DNA from: Fistulifera solaris
Taxonomy: Eukaryota
Reading direction: 5' to 3'
Assembly (NCBI GenBank): GCA_030295235.1
Contig: AP026162.1
Coordinates: 930,001-994,000, forward strand
DNA length: 64,000 bases
The notes under the pieces were generated by a model. That model worked only from the letters and a program-made list of their open reading frames with translations. It made no database searches and was not told where the DNA came from. A program made the translations under genes and the position numbers. This document shows, one piece after another, positions 37,896 to 50,919 of this stretch (position 1 is the first letter of the stretch; each line of letters begins with the position of its first letter).

Positions 37896-39697
37896 TTAAA
37901 TAGGCACATAGGGCTTATCAATAATATGCTTGTGTTTACCGAGAGTGCCGTGACTGACCATGGCTCCGAGGGCATCCACAACAATACGAAGAGCCATCAA
38001 GGAGGTAATGTCGGCGTGATCATAAGGGGGACTGACCTCAACGACTTCCATACCACACAATCCTTCTTTGGCAATAAGTCCCACCAATTTGAGGGCTTCA
38101 CGAGGCAACAAGCCGCCGGGCTCGGGCCAGCCTGTGCCAGGAACAAACGCCGCTTCAATCGAATCAATGTCGTAACTCATGTACACCGCATCACACCCGT
38201 CCCAGGCCCTCTCCAGAGCCATTTCCGCGATCTTATCAATACCATATTGCTCAATGTCGTCCATAGTAAAGATATTGGTTTCACGCTCCACCATATTGGC
38301 AACCGCCGGGCGCGGTACCTGCCACCCACCAATTCCAATCTGCACCAAGTTCTTGGGATTGACGTTGGGCAAGTTAGTGGCGTGAAAGTATGGAGTCGTG
38401 TGCATTCTCTCGTCGAGATCTTTTTCTTGAATATCGGCATGTCGATCCACGTGGATGATTCCGATGTTCTTTGACGTGACAGATGCGATACCACGAACGG
38501 TTGGAAAACCGATCGAATGGTCACCTCCCAGGATGATGGGCATAGTTCCCGTGGAAGCGATATGTGCAACAGCGTTTGAAATCTGATCAAACGACTTTTC
38601 AATATTGGCAGGAATTGTGAAGACGTCGCCGATATCGCAAAGAGTCTAAACAAAGTACGGAGTGAGAACCAACAGAAACAAAGGAGCGCAAAATCCAATG
38701 TCACTTTTTTGTGTCTATTTACCATTTGCTCCCGAAGATCAATACCCTTTTCGTAATTGTAAGGAGTGTATAGGGCCGAAATGCGTCGGATGCCTTGGGG
38801 ACCAAAGCGCGTACCCGGACGGTAGGTGCAGCCTCCATCGAACGGAACGCCGACGACGGCACAGTCGTACATGCCAACCTGGCGAGCATCTTCGACGTAC
38901 GGAGCCTTGAGAAACGTGTTGATACCCGCAAAGTGAGGAAGTTCTCCTCTGGAGAAGGTCGGAATGGTCTTATCTTCTAACGAAGAAGCACCCGGAAGAC
39001 CAAATTCCAGTGCATGAGCAATTTCTTCGTCAAACTTGGTCCTCGGAATTTCAGCTTCCTTTACGATTAAAAAAAGATTGAGATGAATGTACTTGCACGA
39101 AAGCGTCGAAAGAATCGTTAGAAATACTTACTTTCAAAGCAGCCTTCCATCCCTTCGTAACCTTCGGGTTGAAGGGATCGGTGATGAGCACGCGCTTGCT
39201 GGAGAGTCAAAGAAGCTCTAGCAATTTCGCGTGTAACAAGCTTGTGAGTGAGGCGATTGGCAATGGACATGAGAAGATATCAATGAGTAATGAATGGTAT
39301 ATCAAAGCGGTTGATCTATTGATGACTATTTCTGCTGTTAACATGCATCAATGAACAAAATACGTTCGTGCGGTGCTGAGAAGATCTTCCGACTTCCGAT
39401 AACTGGAGAGCATAAAGAAATTGTGACACTGTTCCATCAACATCACGGCACTTTTTGCGTGGAGTGAAATTACGACGTATCCGTGATCGACACGTGCAAT
39501 TTTCGCAGTCCCCGATAAAAAGGATCGGGTCATGAGCTGCTACTATGACGTCACTTACCTTCACCGTGTGACGTACGCACGATCGGAATTTCCGATCCCC
39601 GATCCGTTTTCTTCTTCCTGCATTTTTGCGTTCTCATGACGGTGACCGGGCCACGTAGGCTGCGTAGGTGTGCGTACGGGTCGTTGCTTCTTTTCAT
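37896..39697 (-). CDS. Ureohydrolase of the guanidine hydrolase (GdmH)-like clade; introns 39195-39580 (inferred), 39059-39131, 38646-38722
   Basis: TFSRGELPHFAGINTFLKAPY, GTRFGPQGIRRISALY, GGDHSIG, DRHADIQEKDLDERMHTTP, SYDIDSI, PGTGWPEPGGLLPRE; first-exon assignment less certain. Confidence 0.85.
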
Positions 39698-39870
39698 TGC
39701 ATTGCGATAATTCAAAGCGTGAATCTCATCAATAGAATCATTCGAATAGCCAGACAAGCCCCTTGATTGACTTCCAGCGGTTTCGAAAGAAAGAAGACGC
39801 TTAACTGAGCGGCCCTCCGTTGCTGATTTCCTTGAATTGAACGCCAATTATTATTTCATAACACACTATC

Positions 39871-40588
39871 ATGTCCCCATTTCGCGCGCAAGGCCTGAAG
39901 ACGGTTCTCACTCATGTAGCAATCGGTATGGGATCTGCGTCATTGTAAGTCATTACCGAATTAGCGCAAGGATCCATGGGAAAGGCGTGATTCTTACAAT
40001 TCCTTTCGTTCCCGTCACAGTTGGAGAGGAGCGTGGTATGTTTTAGACGATCACTTATTTCCCGAAAACAAAGAATACTCTGCTCTGGCGTCCTTTGGTC
40101 TAGGAACGTTAGGCATGGCTGCTTCACAGGGTCTAGTGGCTCGCATGGAAAATTTCGCAAAGATGGAAAAGTACCCAGTTCGATTGTCTCTTTTGCGATT
40201 TGGTGCTTTGTATTCGATTGCCGTTTCGTGTGTACTCGTCTGGCGAGGAACATGGATCGGTTGGGATTGCCTTTATGCTCGCATGCACCCACTGATCGCT
40301 GAAAACGAAATAAAGACGGAAATTATTAATGCCACCGACCCCGGACACGCGACCAAGTCCGGCTTTCTCAGTCACGTGGCCGCTTGCACCATTCTCTTGG
40401 GAACGGGATTTTTCGCCAGTGTTCTCGCACCTCCGGCTGCGGCGAGTGTCATACGAGATCTCGCCGTCAGTACCGGCGGCAAAGTCTACAACGGACCCGC
40501 GCAAAGTGTGGCACGGCAATTTCTTGGACGTGTGGTGGCCCCGACGCGTTCGGTTCATAGCAATGCGACGAGACGGAGTGTCAAGTGA
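39871..40588 (+). CDS. Small multi-pass membrane protein, Fuseless-like; intron 39945-40020
   Basis: Splicing gives MSPFRAQG...SASF-WRGAWYVLDDHLFP; a second WRGTWIGWD repeat follows. Confidence 0.65.
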
Positions 40589-40808
40589 AAACGAGATTAC
40601 ATTTTAGGATGATCGGGAGTGTTGTGTTGTTTTACAACGTGAACACTCATTGTTTCGGCTCCGGATGACACTCTGCTTCATGCTCACCTTGACTACAATT
40701 TTGTTCCCAGCTAGCTTCGATAAGCAATAGAACAATTTTTGACAATCAAATGCCATTTGAACCGTACGTAGTGAACAAACAAACTCATTATTCAATTTTA
40801 TTGATTCT

Positions 40809-41575
40809 CTAATGCGCACCTTCTACTGCAGGCTCCAAACCAACTAGAGTGATACCCACACAAATGAGAAACACTCCGAACCAACCACGGAACGTCAGAA
40901 CCTCGTGCAGTAGACAAGCCCCTAGTACACAACCAAAGAAAACACTGCCGCCAATAATCGTCGGTATACTCTGCATCGCCTGTACTCCCAAACTTGAGAC
41001 AAAAAAGCTTAATATTTCGGCCGCTCCGACGGCAGCCCCCGCACAAACGGCCCATCGAATACCCGCCGCGTCCCAGTACAGAACATTCTCCTCATCTTCC
41101 GAGTTCTGAATGACAATATAAGCCAGTAAGAGAGAGCCCAGTAGAGCAGCAACAATCTGTAACACGACACCACCCAGGATTGGGTGGATGGAGGCGGATC
41201 CCTTTTAATGAAAATGTTGTAAAAGGCATACGCGAGTGCACAAAGAAGGGCGGGGCCGATCCACACCGCGAGAGGTGGCGATGCCACGGAATGCAGTGAA
41301 TCGGAAGAAACGAGTTCTACCAAGGTGCGAGGATCCATGGATCCTCCTTTTGTGGTGACTTTTGAACCGAACAACAGTCCATCTCTTTCTGCAGCAGCTC
41401 GTTGGAGAAGGCGCCGACCGGGTGAAGCTTGACTTTTCGGAGAGTCAAAGCGAAGACGACCGTACGCTAGGGACGGAGATGATGGCGCTTGTCTTAGAGA
41501 GCTATTGGAAGATCCCATGATGCTGAAACAGTTCCTCAAATATGGTTGATTGGATGGCTGTTGTCTGAGTTCCAA
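40809..41575 (-). CDS. EamA/DMT-superfamily small transporter; frameshift near 41205
   Basis: ALLCALAYAFYNIFIK...HPILGGVVLQIVAALLG and LHEVLTFRGWFGVFLICVGITLV; about 5 TM helices. Confidence 0.85.
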
Positions 41576-41973
41576 AATTTTGTCGGCACTTTCATTATTT
41601 TTTTTACATCACAGAAAAAGATCGGATGAGGGTGCGAAGGTGTCAATGGAGGGAGACCCTCCGGTACTAACTGTTTGCAAAAGAGTAGGTTTACAGGCAG
41701 AGGTGCATGATAAGAAACGTGTATATGTCTGCGTCTATTACTCTAGCACAACGTGTAGGCGACTTTTTTTCACGACTGGAATTCAGTCATGAGTCACCTT
41801 TCGTTTTCGCAGTTTGTTGCGATTATATTATCTCACACCAACCAAGGAGAACCGCAAGAGAAAATAATGTTCGAACGAAACAAAAGGTGTGAGACTACCT
41901 GTATGAATGATGCCTACGATGAAGTCCTCAATAACCGACGGGCACTGCTTTCCGTTCATTTCCTACTATTCGA

Positions 41974-43100
41974 CTACACAATAAATCTGCCTTTTTTATA
42001 GAAAATCATGTATACTAGCATTTGAAAGGAAATGCGCTGCTTCTTCCGAATGCGAAGGCTACAGATGGGACATTCGGTGCCGGCTGACGCAACACAGGTA
42101 TTGCAAATGCAAAGGTGTCCACACGGGATCAGAACGTGACGGGGTCGTCGGTCTTGACAAACGGCACACTTCGCCGTTGTGAAATCGGCATCCTCCTTCC
42201 AACGACGAAAACCCTTCATGTGAGCGTTCGAGACTACCAACACACCATCCTCACCGAGACCATTCTTCGTATCAACGACAAAGAGACTTTTTCGTGTGCC
42301 ACTCGTGAGACACGTGACACGATGAAGGACCTCCGGCGGATGTTGAACTAGCGATCCCACGGGCCGTTCCAACACATGGAGGATATCGTTGACAAAGTAG
42401 ACAAGACGCCCCCTACATACTCCGTCGGATCATTCAAGGCGACTTGTATTGTGCTGGTGGCATAGGAGCCGTCGCAGTGAAAGTCGATACAGGCATTCGT
42501 GGGACCTTTGGTCATGCGAAGAACCACTTTAGACTCCGAAGAATGCGACAGCTCCCGAAAGCCTTTTGAAGCTTCTCTAACACCAAATTGGGTAGGATAT
42601 CACCAGCATGCCTAAGAAGTCGTTTGAAGTGCTCATCTGGGACCACGAGGCGCATATCGACGCGATTGGACGAAGCAGTTGCTTCCCACATGTAGTCGAG
42701 GAAACGACAGCATCTTGTTTGAAGCTAAAAGTGTTCCATCGATTGACTTCCGCACTTTCGGCCTTCCGACGAAGCAGATCAAGAGGAATAGGTACTTGGT
42801 CGCGCTGTTCGTCCGTCAACATCAGATAGCGAATCAAGGGGTCGGAACTGTCATTGTACGTAAAGGTGCTGATCATTCCACGCAACCTCAAAATCAAATG
42901 AAGGGTTGACTCTTTTTGATTTTGTAGGAGGCTAATGAGCCTTCATCCTCAAGTTGCCGTCCCCCAAAAATGAGGCGCTGACAGTCTTCGGCTATTCCTT
43001 CCTTTTCGGCTATGCGCGTCTTCACCGTTGCAATAGAATTACGCGGATGAACGTCTAAGGTAAACGTCTTGCCTGTTATTTGTTTGACGAAGATTTGCAT
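41974..43100 (-). CDS. Ubiquitin-like + 2OG-Fe(II) oxygenase-like + RING protein, several frameshifts (possible pseudogene)
   Basis: [15 protein letters not shown]...[11 protein letters not shown]...[53 protein letters not shown]. Confidence 0.75.
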
Positions 43101-43373
43101 GATCTCTTGCCCTTTGCTATGCGAAACAACCTCGTCATTGCAATGCACCAAGTTTTGTGTGGCTTTTTTCTGCAACTGTGCGAAAAAACAGAAAAAAACC
43201 TGCGTAAACCCGCGAACGTGACATCAGTACTACGTCAGTCTGTCCATCATCAGACGGAATTTAGATTCGCACGTTTCACGATGACGGACGACGACGCGAT
43301 TCGATGACTTTTTCTCGGTGTTTCATTATTTCTCATTTATTTGCAAGAACTTTCGCCATCATCACAAAAAGAA

Positions 43374-43949
43374 ATGAAACCTTGTTTATTTTTGTTGTTG
43401 TCGGTGATCTGCGCGCCTTACTGCGATGCGGGCGCGTGGTTTGGTCAAGATTCAGGATGTACAAAGCCGTGTGTACAGGGAGACGAATCGATTATGAGTC
43501 CGAAAGAGCACGGCACGTCACGGACGCCTGTGCAGTCGCCGTTACGATGGGGATGCGATAGTCAAGTAGCCGATCAAATTTGTAATTTCAACCGTCATTA
43601 TGCGGAATATTCGGGTTATTGGCAAGCTACATCGTTCCTGGAAGAGGTCGACACTGCGGTGAAGGAAGGAACTCCTATCGTCTTTTATGACAGCAATACA
43701 GGGAAGCCGTTGTTCCGAGCGCCGGTAAATCGATCGTGGGAAGAGTTTTTGAAAGAATCTCGTAGTCATGGATGGCCCAGTTTTCGTGATGACGAAGTCG
43801 TTTGGGAGAACGTTCGAGTGTTACCGGGCGGGGAAACCGTATCCGTCGATGGCACACATCTCGGGCACAATCTACCAGACAGCATGGGACGCCGATACTG
43901 TATTAACTTAGTTTCGGTCGCCGGAAATCCGAATACGAGTCGTCGCTAA
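43374..43949 (+). CDS. MsrB-like protein with signal peptide
   Basis: GKPLF, HGWPSF, GTHLGHNLPD..GRRYCIN; hydrophobic N-terminus. Confidence 0.85.
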   Translation: MKPCLFLLLSVICAPYCDAGAWFGQDSGCTKPCVQGDESIMSPKEHGTSRTPVQSPLRWGCDSQVADQICNFNRHYAEYSGYWQATSFLEEVDTAVKEGTPIVFYDSNTGKPLFRAPVNRSWEEFLKESRSHGWPSFRDDEVVWENVRVLPGGETVSVDGTHLGHNLPDSMGRRYCINLVSVAGNPNTSRR

Positions 43950-44198
43950 CCGTCGAGTATAATGTGTTTATAGCACAAGCCGGCACGTCAAGCAAAGGCT
44001 TGATAGTTTAGATTAGTACATAAAACAATTTTGTAGGTCGATAGTGCTGAAGTGCTTCTAATCGCCTATGTTCTTCATCAAAGTAAAGCAGTGTCGGCTG
44101 GCCAAGTCGACCAGCAGTGCAAGAGACAAGATATGCAAGAAAGTGGTGGTCATATATAAGCTATGAGATGCAAGTTCCGTTAACTTTTTAGCACTCCT

Positions 44199-47100
44199 CT
44201 AAACAGAAGCTAAAGCACCCAGACTCGCATTCACTTTAGCTGCTTGGTCCTCCAGCTCAGCAAGTTCAGCACGAGCTTTCTCTACAACATCAGCCGGTGC
44301 TTTATCTGTGAATCCCTTCGACTGCAGTCGGCCAGCAAGCTTTTCGATTTCTTTCGATAACTTTTCGCTCTGCTTTTCTAGTCGCTTTCTCTCTTTTACG
44401 GGATCGATTAAACCCGAAAGTGGTAGATATGCCTCAACTCCCTCTTGCACCACGAGTTGAACAGACTCAACAGAAGCAGCTGTCTTCGCCTCTTCTGAAC
44501 CAGCTTCATACACGGCCACCTGGTCAGGATCCAACTTGGCCAAAGCAACAAGCGATTTAATCTCTTTTTCGATTTCTTTCTTGATATCTCCGCTTGCGAT
44601 AACGACTGCGCTGATTCTCTTGCCCGGTTCCACATTGTATTCAGCCCTGGCGTTTCTTATTCTACGTGTCAGTGCCTGAAAGCATTCGAACTGGTTCACA
44701 CTACTCTTATCAGTCACGAGCGGCTGCGAGTCATCCATTTGTGGCCAATTCGATAACATGAGGGCGTTGGTTGCTTGTCCCTCTGCTTTGGGACGTGGTA
44801 AGTGATGCCACAATTGTTCCGTGACGTAAGGCATGTATGGATGCAGAAGCTTCAGACTAGTGTCAAGGACATAGACCAAAACACGGCGGGCAATCTTTGC
44901 CTCTTCTTCGTTGCCACCGCCTGCGCCTTCGTAAAGTCGGGTTTTTGATATCTCAATATACCAGTCGGCAAACTGATCCCACAAAAATTCATAAACTTTA
45001 CTTCCAGCGGAGCCAAGTTGGTACTTCTCGAGGTCTTCCGTGACCTCAGCCACTAGCGTGTGACATTTTGAAATAATGTACCGTTCCGGCAACGCCATTT
45101 TCTCGAACTCGTCTTTTAGAATAGGTCCATCAACTCCGAGACTGTCGAGTTCGGCTTGATCAGCACCTTTCAGTGCATTTCCAGTTACGAACTTGCAGCA
45201 GTTCCACAACTTATTCGCGAAGTTTCTATTTGCTTCAACCTTCTCCATGTTGAGAGGGATGTCCTGTCCCGGCGTTACGCCCGTCACGAGAGAATACCGG
45301 AGACTGTCAGCACCATACTCAGCAACAGTGTCTAAAGGATCAATAACGTTGCCCTTAGTCTTCGACATCTTACTTCCATCCGCCGCTCGAACAAGACCGT
45401 GCAAATAAATGACACGAAACGGACTCTCGCCCGTTAACTCCAGTCCCATCATGACCATACGGGCAACCCAGAAAAACAAAATGTCATAACCTGTCTCCAG
45501 GCATGTAGCAGGGTAAAACCGCGAAAGATCAGTATCCGGTTTCCCCTCGTCCTGAGGCCAACCGACGGTGGCGAACGGCCAAAGACCCGAACTAAACCAT
45601 GTGTCGAGAACATCTTCTTCTTGTCGCAGCACAACATCAGCCGCGTGACCTTGCGCAATTGCTTTCTCTCGAGCTTCCGCTTCGTTCCGGGCAACAATAT
45701 ACTCAGCGTCGCCAGACTCTCCAACATACCATACCGGAATTCGGTGCCCCCACCATAATTGACGAGAAACACACCAATCATGAATATCTGTGAGCCAGTT
45801 CGACCATATTTTATCAAATCGCTGGGGTACAATTTGAATGTCTCCATCCTGGACTGCCTTCAAAGCCTTGGCACCCATGCCTTCCGTTTTTACAAACCAT
45901 TGACTACTGACCAAAGGTTCAATAATTTCACCTCCCGCGCTGCGAGCGGGGAACACGTTGAGTATGCGGGTCGACCTTGATTACAAGACCTTCTTTTTCC
46001 ATATCAGCCCACAGTGACTCTCTGCACTCGAATCGATCCTGTCCTTCGTATTTGCCCGCATTTGCGTTCATGGATCCGTCTTTGTTCATTACGTTAACAA
46101 TAGGCAGATCAAACTTTTTCCCAAGCGTATAGTCATTAGGGTCATGTCCAGGCGTAATTTTTAATGCTCCAGTACCAAACTCCATATCCACATACTCGTC
46201 AGCGATAATAGGTACAGTTCTCCCTCCGCTCATGGGCACTACAACTTTCTTTCCAACCAAATGTTTGTATCTCTCATCTTCAGGATGAACGCACACAGCG
46301 GTATCTCCGACAATTGTCTCTGGACGCGTGGTTGCGACAGGTAAAAATTCTTCAAGGAACGACAGAAGATACAATTTAGCGCTCTCGAACAAAACGTCAC
46401 AAAGCAAACGCCGTGAATCACATACCTTCACTACCGTCAACCATGTACTTGAAATAGTAGAGCTTGCCTTGTTCTTCCGAGTATTCCACCTCCAAGTCAC
46501 TGACAGCTGTTTTCAGCTGGGGTGCCCAGTTGACCATGTACTCGCCACGATACACCAATCCTTTCTCGTGCAATCGAACAAACGCTTCAGCAACTGCTTC
46601 GCTCAAAGACGGATCCATAGTGAATCGTTCGCGACTCCAGTCAGCCGATGCTCCTAGTGAGCGCAATTGACGTGTAATATGTCCTCCTTGTTCTTCTTTG
46701 TACTCCCAGACCCGCTTTAAGAATTCTTCTCTCCCTACTTCTTCTCGCGTCGTTCCTTCGGCACGCAGCAGTTTCTCGACTTGTAGTTGCGTCGCAATAC
46801 CTGCATGATCGGTTCCCGGTAACCACAAAACCGGACGTCCTCGCATGCGATGAAATCGCGCCAACACATCTTGCAATGCGACGAAAATAGCGTGTCCCAT
46901 GTGCAAACGGCCAGTTACATTCGGTGGGGGCATGGGTAACACATAAGGTGGTTTGTCTGCTTTGCTCGATTCTGCTGGCTTAAAACAGCCGGAACTCTCC
47001 CACCATTTGTAAATTTCTCCTTCAAAGGAAGAAGGATTGTATTGATCGAGACCCTTTTCTTTGTTCAGAACATCGTAGCTCTTTGCTGAGGATCCAGTAG

Positions 47101-47300
47101 TGCTCGCGGTAGAGAAGAGACGCGTTTGACTTCGTCCTTGTAATGCTAGATTTGCAATCGAACGTGATGACAACTTGCTTCGAGCTGAATTTACAAAAGC
47201 CCCGTTACGCACGAAGGCAGCACGAGCTGGGCCACTCATCCAGCAAAGGAAACAGGCCACCATTAAGGGACGACTTTGTGGCAAAAACCAAACGAGGCAT
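44199..47300 (-). CDS. VARS: Valyl-tRNA synthetase, probably organellar; intron 46350-46425; frameshift near 45940
   Basis: [48 protein letters not shown]; presequence with ARAAF. Confidence 0.95.
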
Positions 47301-47995
47301 CCCTCACTTCACGATACCGCTATAATCGACACGAACAATTAATAGAAACCGTAGTCAACGAAGGAGGCGCTTCCTTTGTTAATTGTGGATCGATATGAAT
47401 TACAGTATAGTGAGCTTTCGAGGACGAGTCAGCGACAGAACGGCGCAATCTCATCATCGCATCAAGATGATGGCCTCGTTCGTCTGATGTCACCCGTGAT
47501 TACCAGGGATCGTCAGTCGCGCGTGATAATCATAGCGTAACATACGCGAACACGTGGAAGTTGAAACACGAGTTTTATTTTCTCCCTCTAACCCTCCAAT
47601 TTTTGTCTTCCCGGTACTCAATACTGAAGCAGAAACTACGGAATAATCCGTCGCGAGTACCGTACGGTTTCAAAAGCTACAGAAAGCCGAATGATCACGG
47701 ACAGACGACGATGAACAAGGCGCGCGCAAGAAAAATAATTCATCATCGATTTTGATTTAAGGCAGTCCGAGAATCATCATCTGCAACACCAGCTTGACAA
47801 GAATTAGATGTTTGTTTGCCCTCACTTCATTTAGAGACACAACAAAGCGTCCTGGCTGCTCTTTACAATGGAAATATAGCTACCATATTTCAAGAAACAT
47901 TTTTGCATAGAAAACGAGAGACTGACGAACTACCTCGCATACGACAACAATTTCAACGATTTGTGTGCCTCGCATAATATAAAAGAAGCCTCAAA

Positions 47996-50900
47996 ATGCT
48001 GGACGTCCCCACATTTTTAATGAGATGGCTATTCCTCTCGAGCTTGTCAAGAGACGCAGCCGAGGTACAAACACTTCCCTACCATCCCTATCAACCGCCG
48101 CCGCAAATGCCAATGGCCAATCGGCAGATGGCCGAAGAAATATACAGAGACGATTGCGTGAGGGGAATATTATCAAACCCACCCGGGCCTCAACGGATAT
48201 TGGTGATTGATGCTTTGAGATGTAATTTAGTGCATCTTCTTTGTCAGGAACTACAACAAGCCGACCGCGTTATCGATCGGATCACCAGTCGGCAAGCACA
48301 ATTACGTCATGATGTACAAGACGACAATGACAGCACACTCGACGCAGACACTGATATCATGAATGTATTTGAACGAAAACTATCGACTATAAAGAGTGCG
48401 GATGCACAAGCTACGAATGGCGTCGCGGATCACGAGCCAACTGAAATCGCCCAAGATTCAGCTACTAGCGAGCCGACCGAATCAGAGATACTGATCGCTC
48501 GCCGTCTGTTACAGGATTGTCGAGATTTCTTACCACAACTAGCTTCCGCCGCATTGAAATCACCAGGAGCTTATGATCCTTATGTATCTGATCCTTTACT
48601 GAGATTACGACGCTTATTACTTCGGCGGTGTTTGCGAGATCCGAGTTGGGGTATTGAATTGTGTTGGCAGTTGGAAGCGGAAGTCGGCAAAGCGTGGAAA
48701 ACCTTATTTGAACATAGGCAGCAAACGGGAAGGAGACTAATCGTCGTCTTACCCGCCGAGAAAGCAATCGTTTTGGCAAAATTGGTTCCGAAAAACGCGA
48801 AGCGTTCGACCTATTACAAGAAGCAGAGCAAGCGACTGCCTATGGCTACACGTCTTTTGATGATAAATATTCGTTAGGCTCTACAACAGATGAGCACTCT
48901 TCCGTCCGACTCCCATCTAGTATTGGCCTTCGGCGGTGTAGTCATTTTGGCGACACAATGCACTTCATTGATCGTCTCACAAAGGTTTCATCTGACCTAC
49001 GCCGAATCCCGGCTGCTGAGAGGGAGGTACGTAGAACCATTTCCTTCAACTTTACTTGCGTTTCCTTTCCTGAAGAATGCCATGTAGTCTTTTCTCTTCC
49101 AGAGTCTCAGCGAAATCAATCGAAGGATACGGCGGCGAATGGCGAGTAAAGGGGACATAAGTCTCGATGTAGAGGATTATCAAGAGGCACACGGGTGGCC
49201 ACAACTTACTGATCTTACCACAGATGACATTCAATACTCGGTACATCTTCCTTTGAGACCCCAAGGTGGTACTTGGCCGTCAGGGGATGAAGCTTCTAAT
49301 TTCGACGGAAACTCTGGTGCAGCGTCTCCTGGAGTGGTTCGGGTCCTGAATATTGTAGTTTCGGAGAGTAGGATTTTGGCATCACGGGAACGCTGTCCTT
49401 TCTTGATTCATGTCGAAGTGGTCGATACGGGAATTGCAGGACATGATGCGAGACTTTATGCAGCGGGGCCGTCGGCGCTTGGATCCACAGTCGAAGAGGC
49501 AATCGGGGTAAATCACATGCCTCCGAGTGGAGAGTCAAGCTCTCCATCTTTCGTATCAAACCCTCAGATGGGATACAAAATTCCTTCCGAGTTACTTCAA
49601 GACCAGACGTTTTCTGGCAGGTTCAACAATGACGAACAATCTGTTAATCAGAACGTTGTCATGGAGACGAATGTCGGCTCTGCAAAGACATTTCCACGCG
49701 GCGGTTGGCAACACGACGATTTCTTTCCAGAGAATATGTCTGGCGGGTATTCTGAGGCATCTGCATACGACGAAATTCGGCAGCGACAATTTGAGCAACT
49801 TCATCAAGAATTGCATCAACAGCCTTCGCACGCGCACCACCAGCATCATTTTCCCAGACCGCGACTCTTTGTTAGGTGAGTGAAAGTATTTGAGAGGGAA
49901 GACGTCATTTGTTTGACGTCGTACTAACCATTCTTTAAGACACCCGCACGATACCGGAAAAGCGCTTTTAGATAAAACCTTCGGGGCCCCGTGGAGCGAA
50001 AAGTGCAGGGAAATACGTGCTTCATCCCCATACGGGCACTTGGAGAAATGGAAATTAGCGTCATTCATTCTCAAGGCCGGAGAAGATATACGCAAAGAAG
50101 AACTTGTCATGCAAATCATTTCCAAATTACTCCAGTGGTTTCAGGAAGAAATCCCGTTAAAAGACCGTCCGTTTATGCGCCCGTACACAATCATGTGCGT
50201 TGGTGGAGATGCTGGACTAATTGAATGTCTATCAGACGCTAAGAGTGTGGACGAGGTCAAGAAACGAACCGATGACTTCGTGTCTCTTAGAAGCTTCTTT
50301 GAACGTGCATTCCCACGTGCGTCGCTTTTCCAGAGCTTACCGGAAGGCGTTATCTCATTCGAAACTGCGCAGGACAATTTTCTCCGCTCACTGGTAGGGT
50401 ACAGTGTTGTGTGCTACATTCTCCAGATCAAAGACCGTCACAACGCAAACATTTTGCTTGATCGACAAGGCCATATTATGCACATCGACTTTGGGTTTGT
50501 GTTAGGTGAAACACCCAAGATGGGTAAAGTTCCAATTTTTAGCGAAAGGGCGCCATTCAAGTTGAGCACCGAATTCTGGGACGTTTTGGGAGGTTGGAAT
50601 TTAGCTGAGGGCGGCCTTGGAGTCAGGTTTTGCAAGATGTTTGAGCTGGCATTTGCTTGCGCTTCTCGCCACGCTGATGAAATCGCTGGTCTAGTCGAAT
50701 CGACGATGCTTTCACTCGATCAAAATCCTAGGAATGCTCGCTTGATTGCCAACGGTGTGAGGAACAGGCTTCGAATGAGGGGTGCGGCGAATTCTAGGGA
50801 CCAAAAACTATTTATCATGGATATTGTGAACGCAGCCTTAACATGTTGGGGAACGAGCACCTACGACTGGCTGCAAAAGAACATGAATGGCTATCAATAG
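47996..50900 (+). CDS. Phosphatidylinositol 4-kinase (type III beta-like); introns near 49027 and 49877; frameshift near 48780
   Basis: LASRERCPF, WKLASFILKAGEDIRKE, ILQIKDRHNANILLD, HIDFGF, ERAPFKL, YDWLQKNMNG. Confidence 0.95.
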
Positions 50901-50919
50901 ACTGACGAGAATCAAAAAG

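Noticed and set aside
39195..39870. Canonical guanidine-I/II/III/IV or TPP riboswitch
   Set aside because: No consensus match by eye; the ACG-capped hairpins are C-ACG-G triloops, not G-ACGR-C tetraloops
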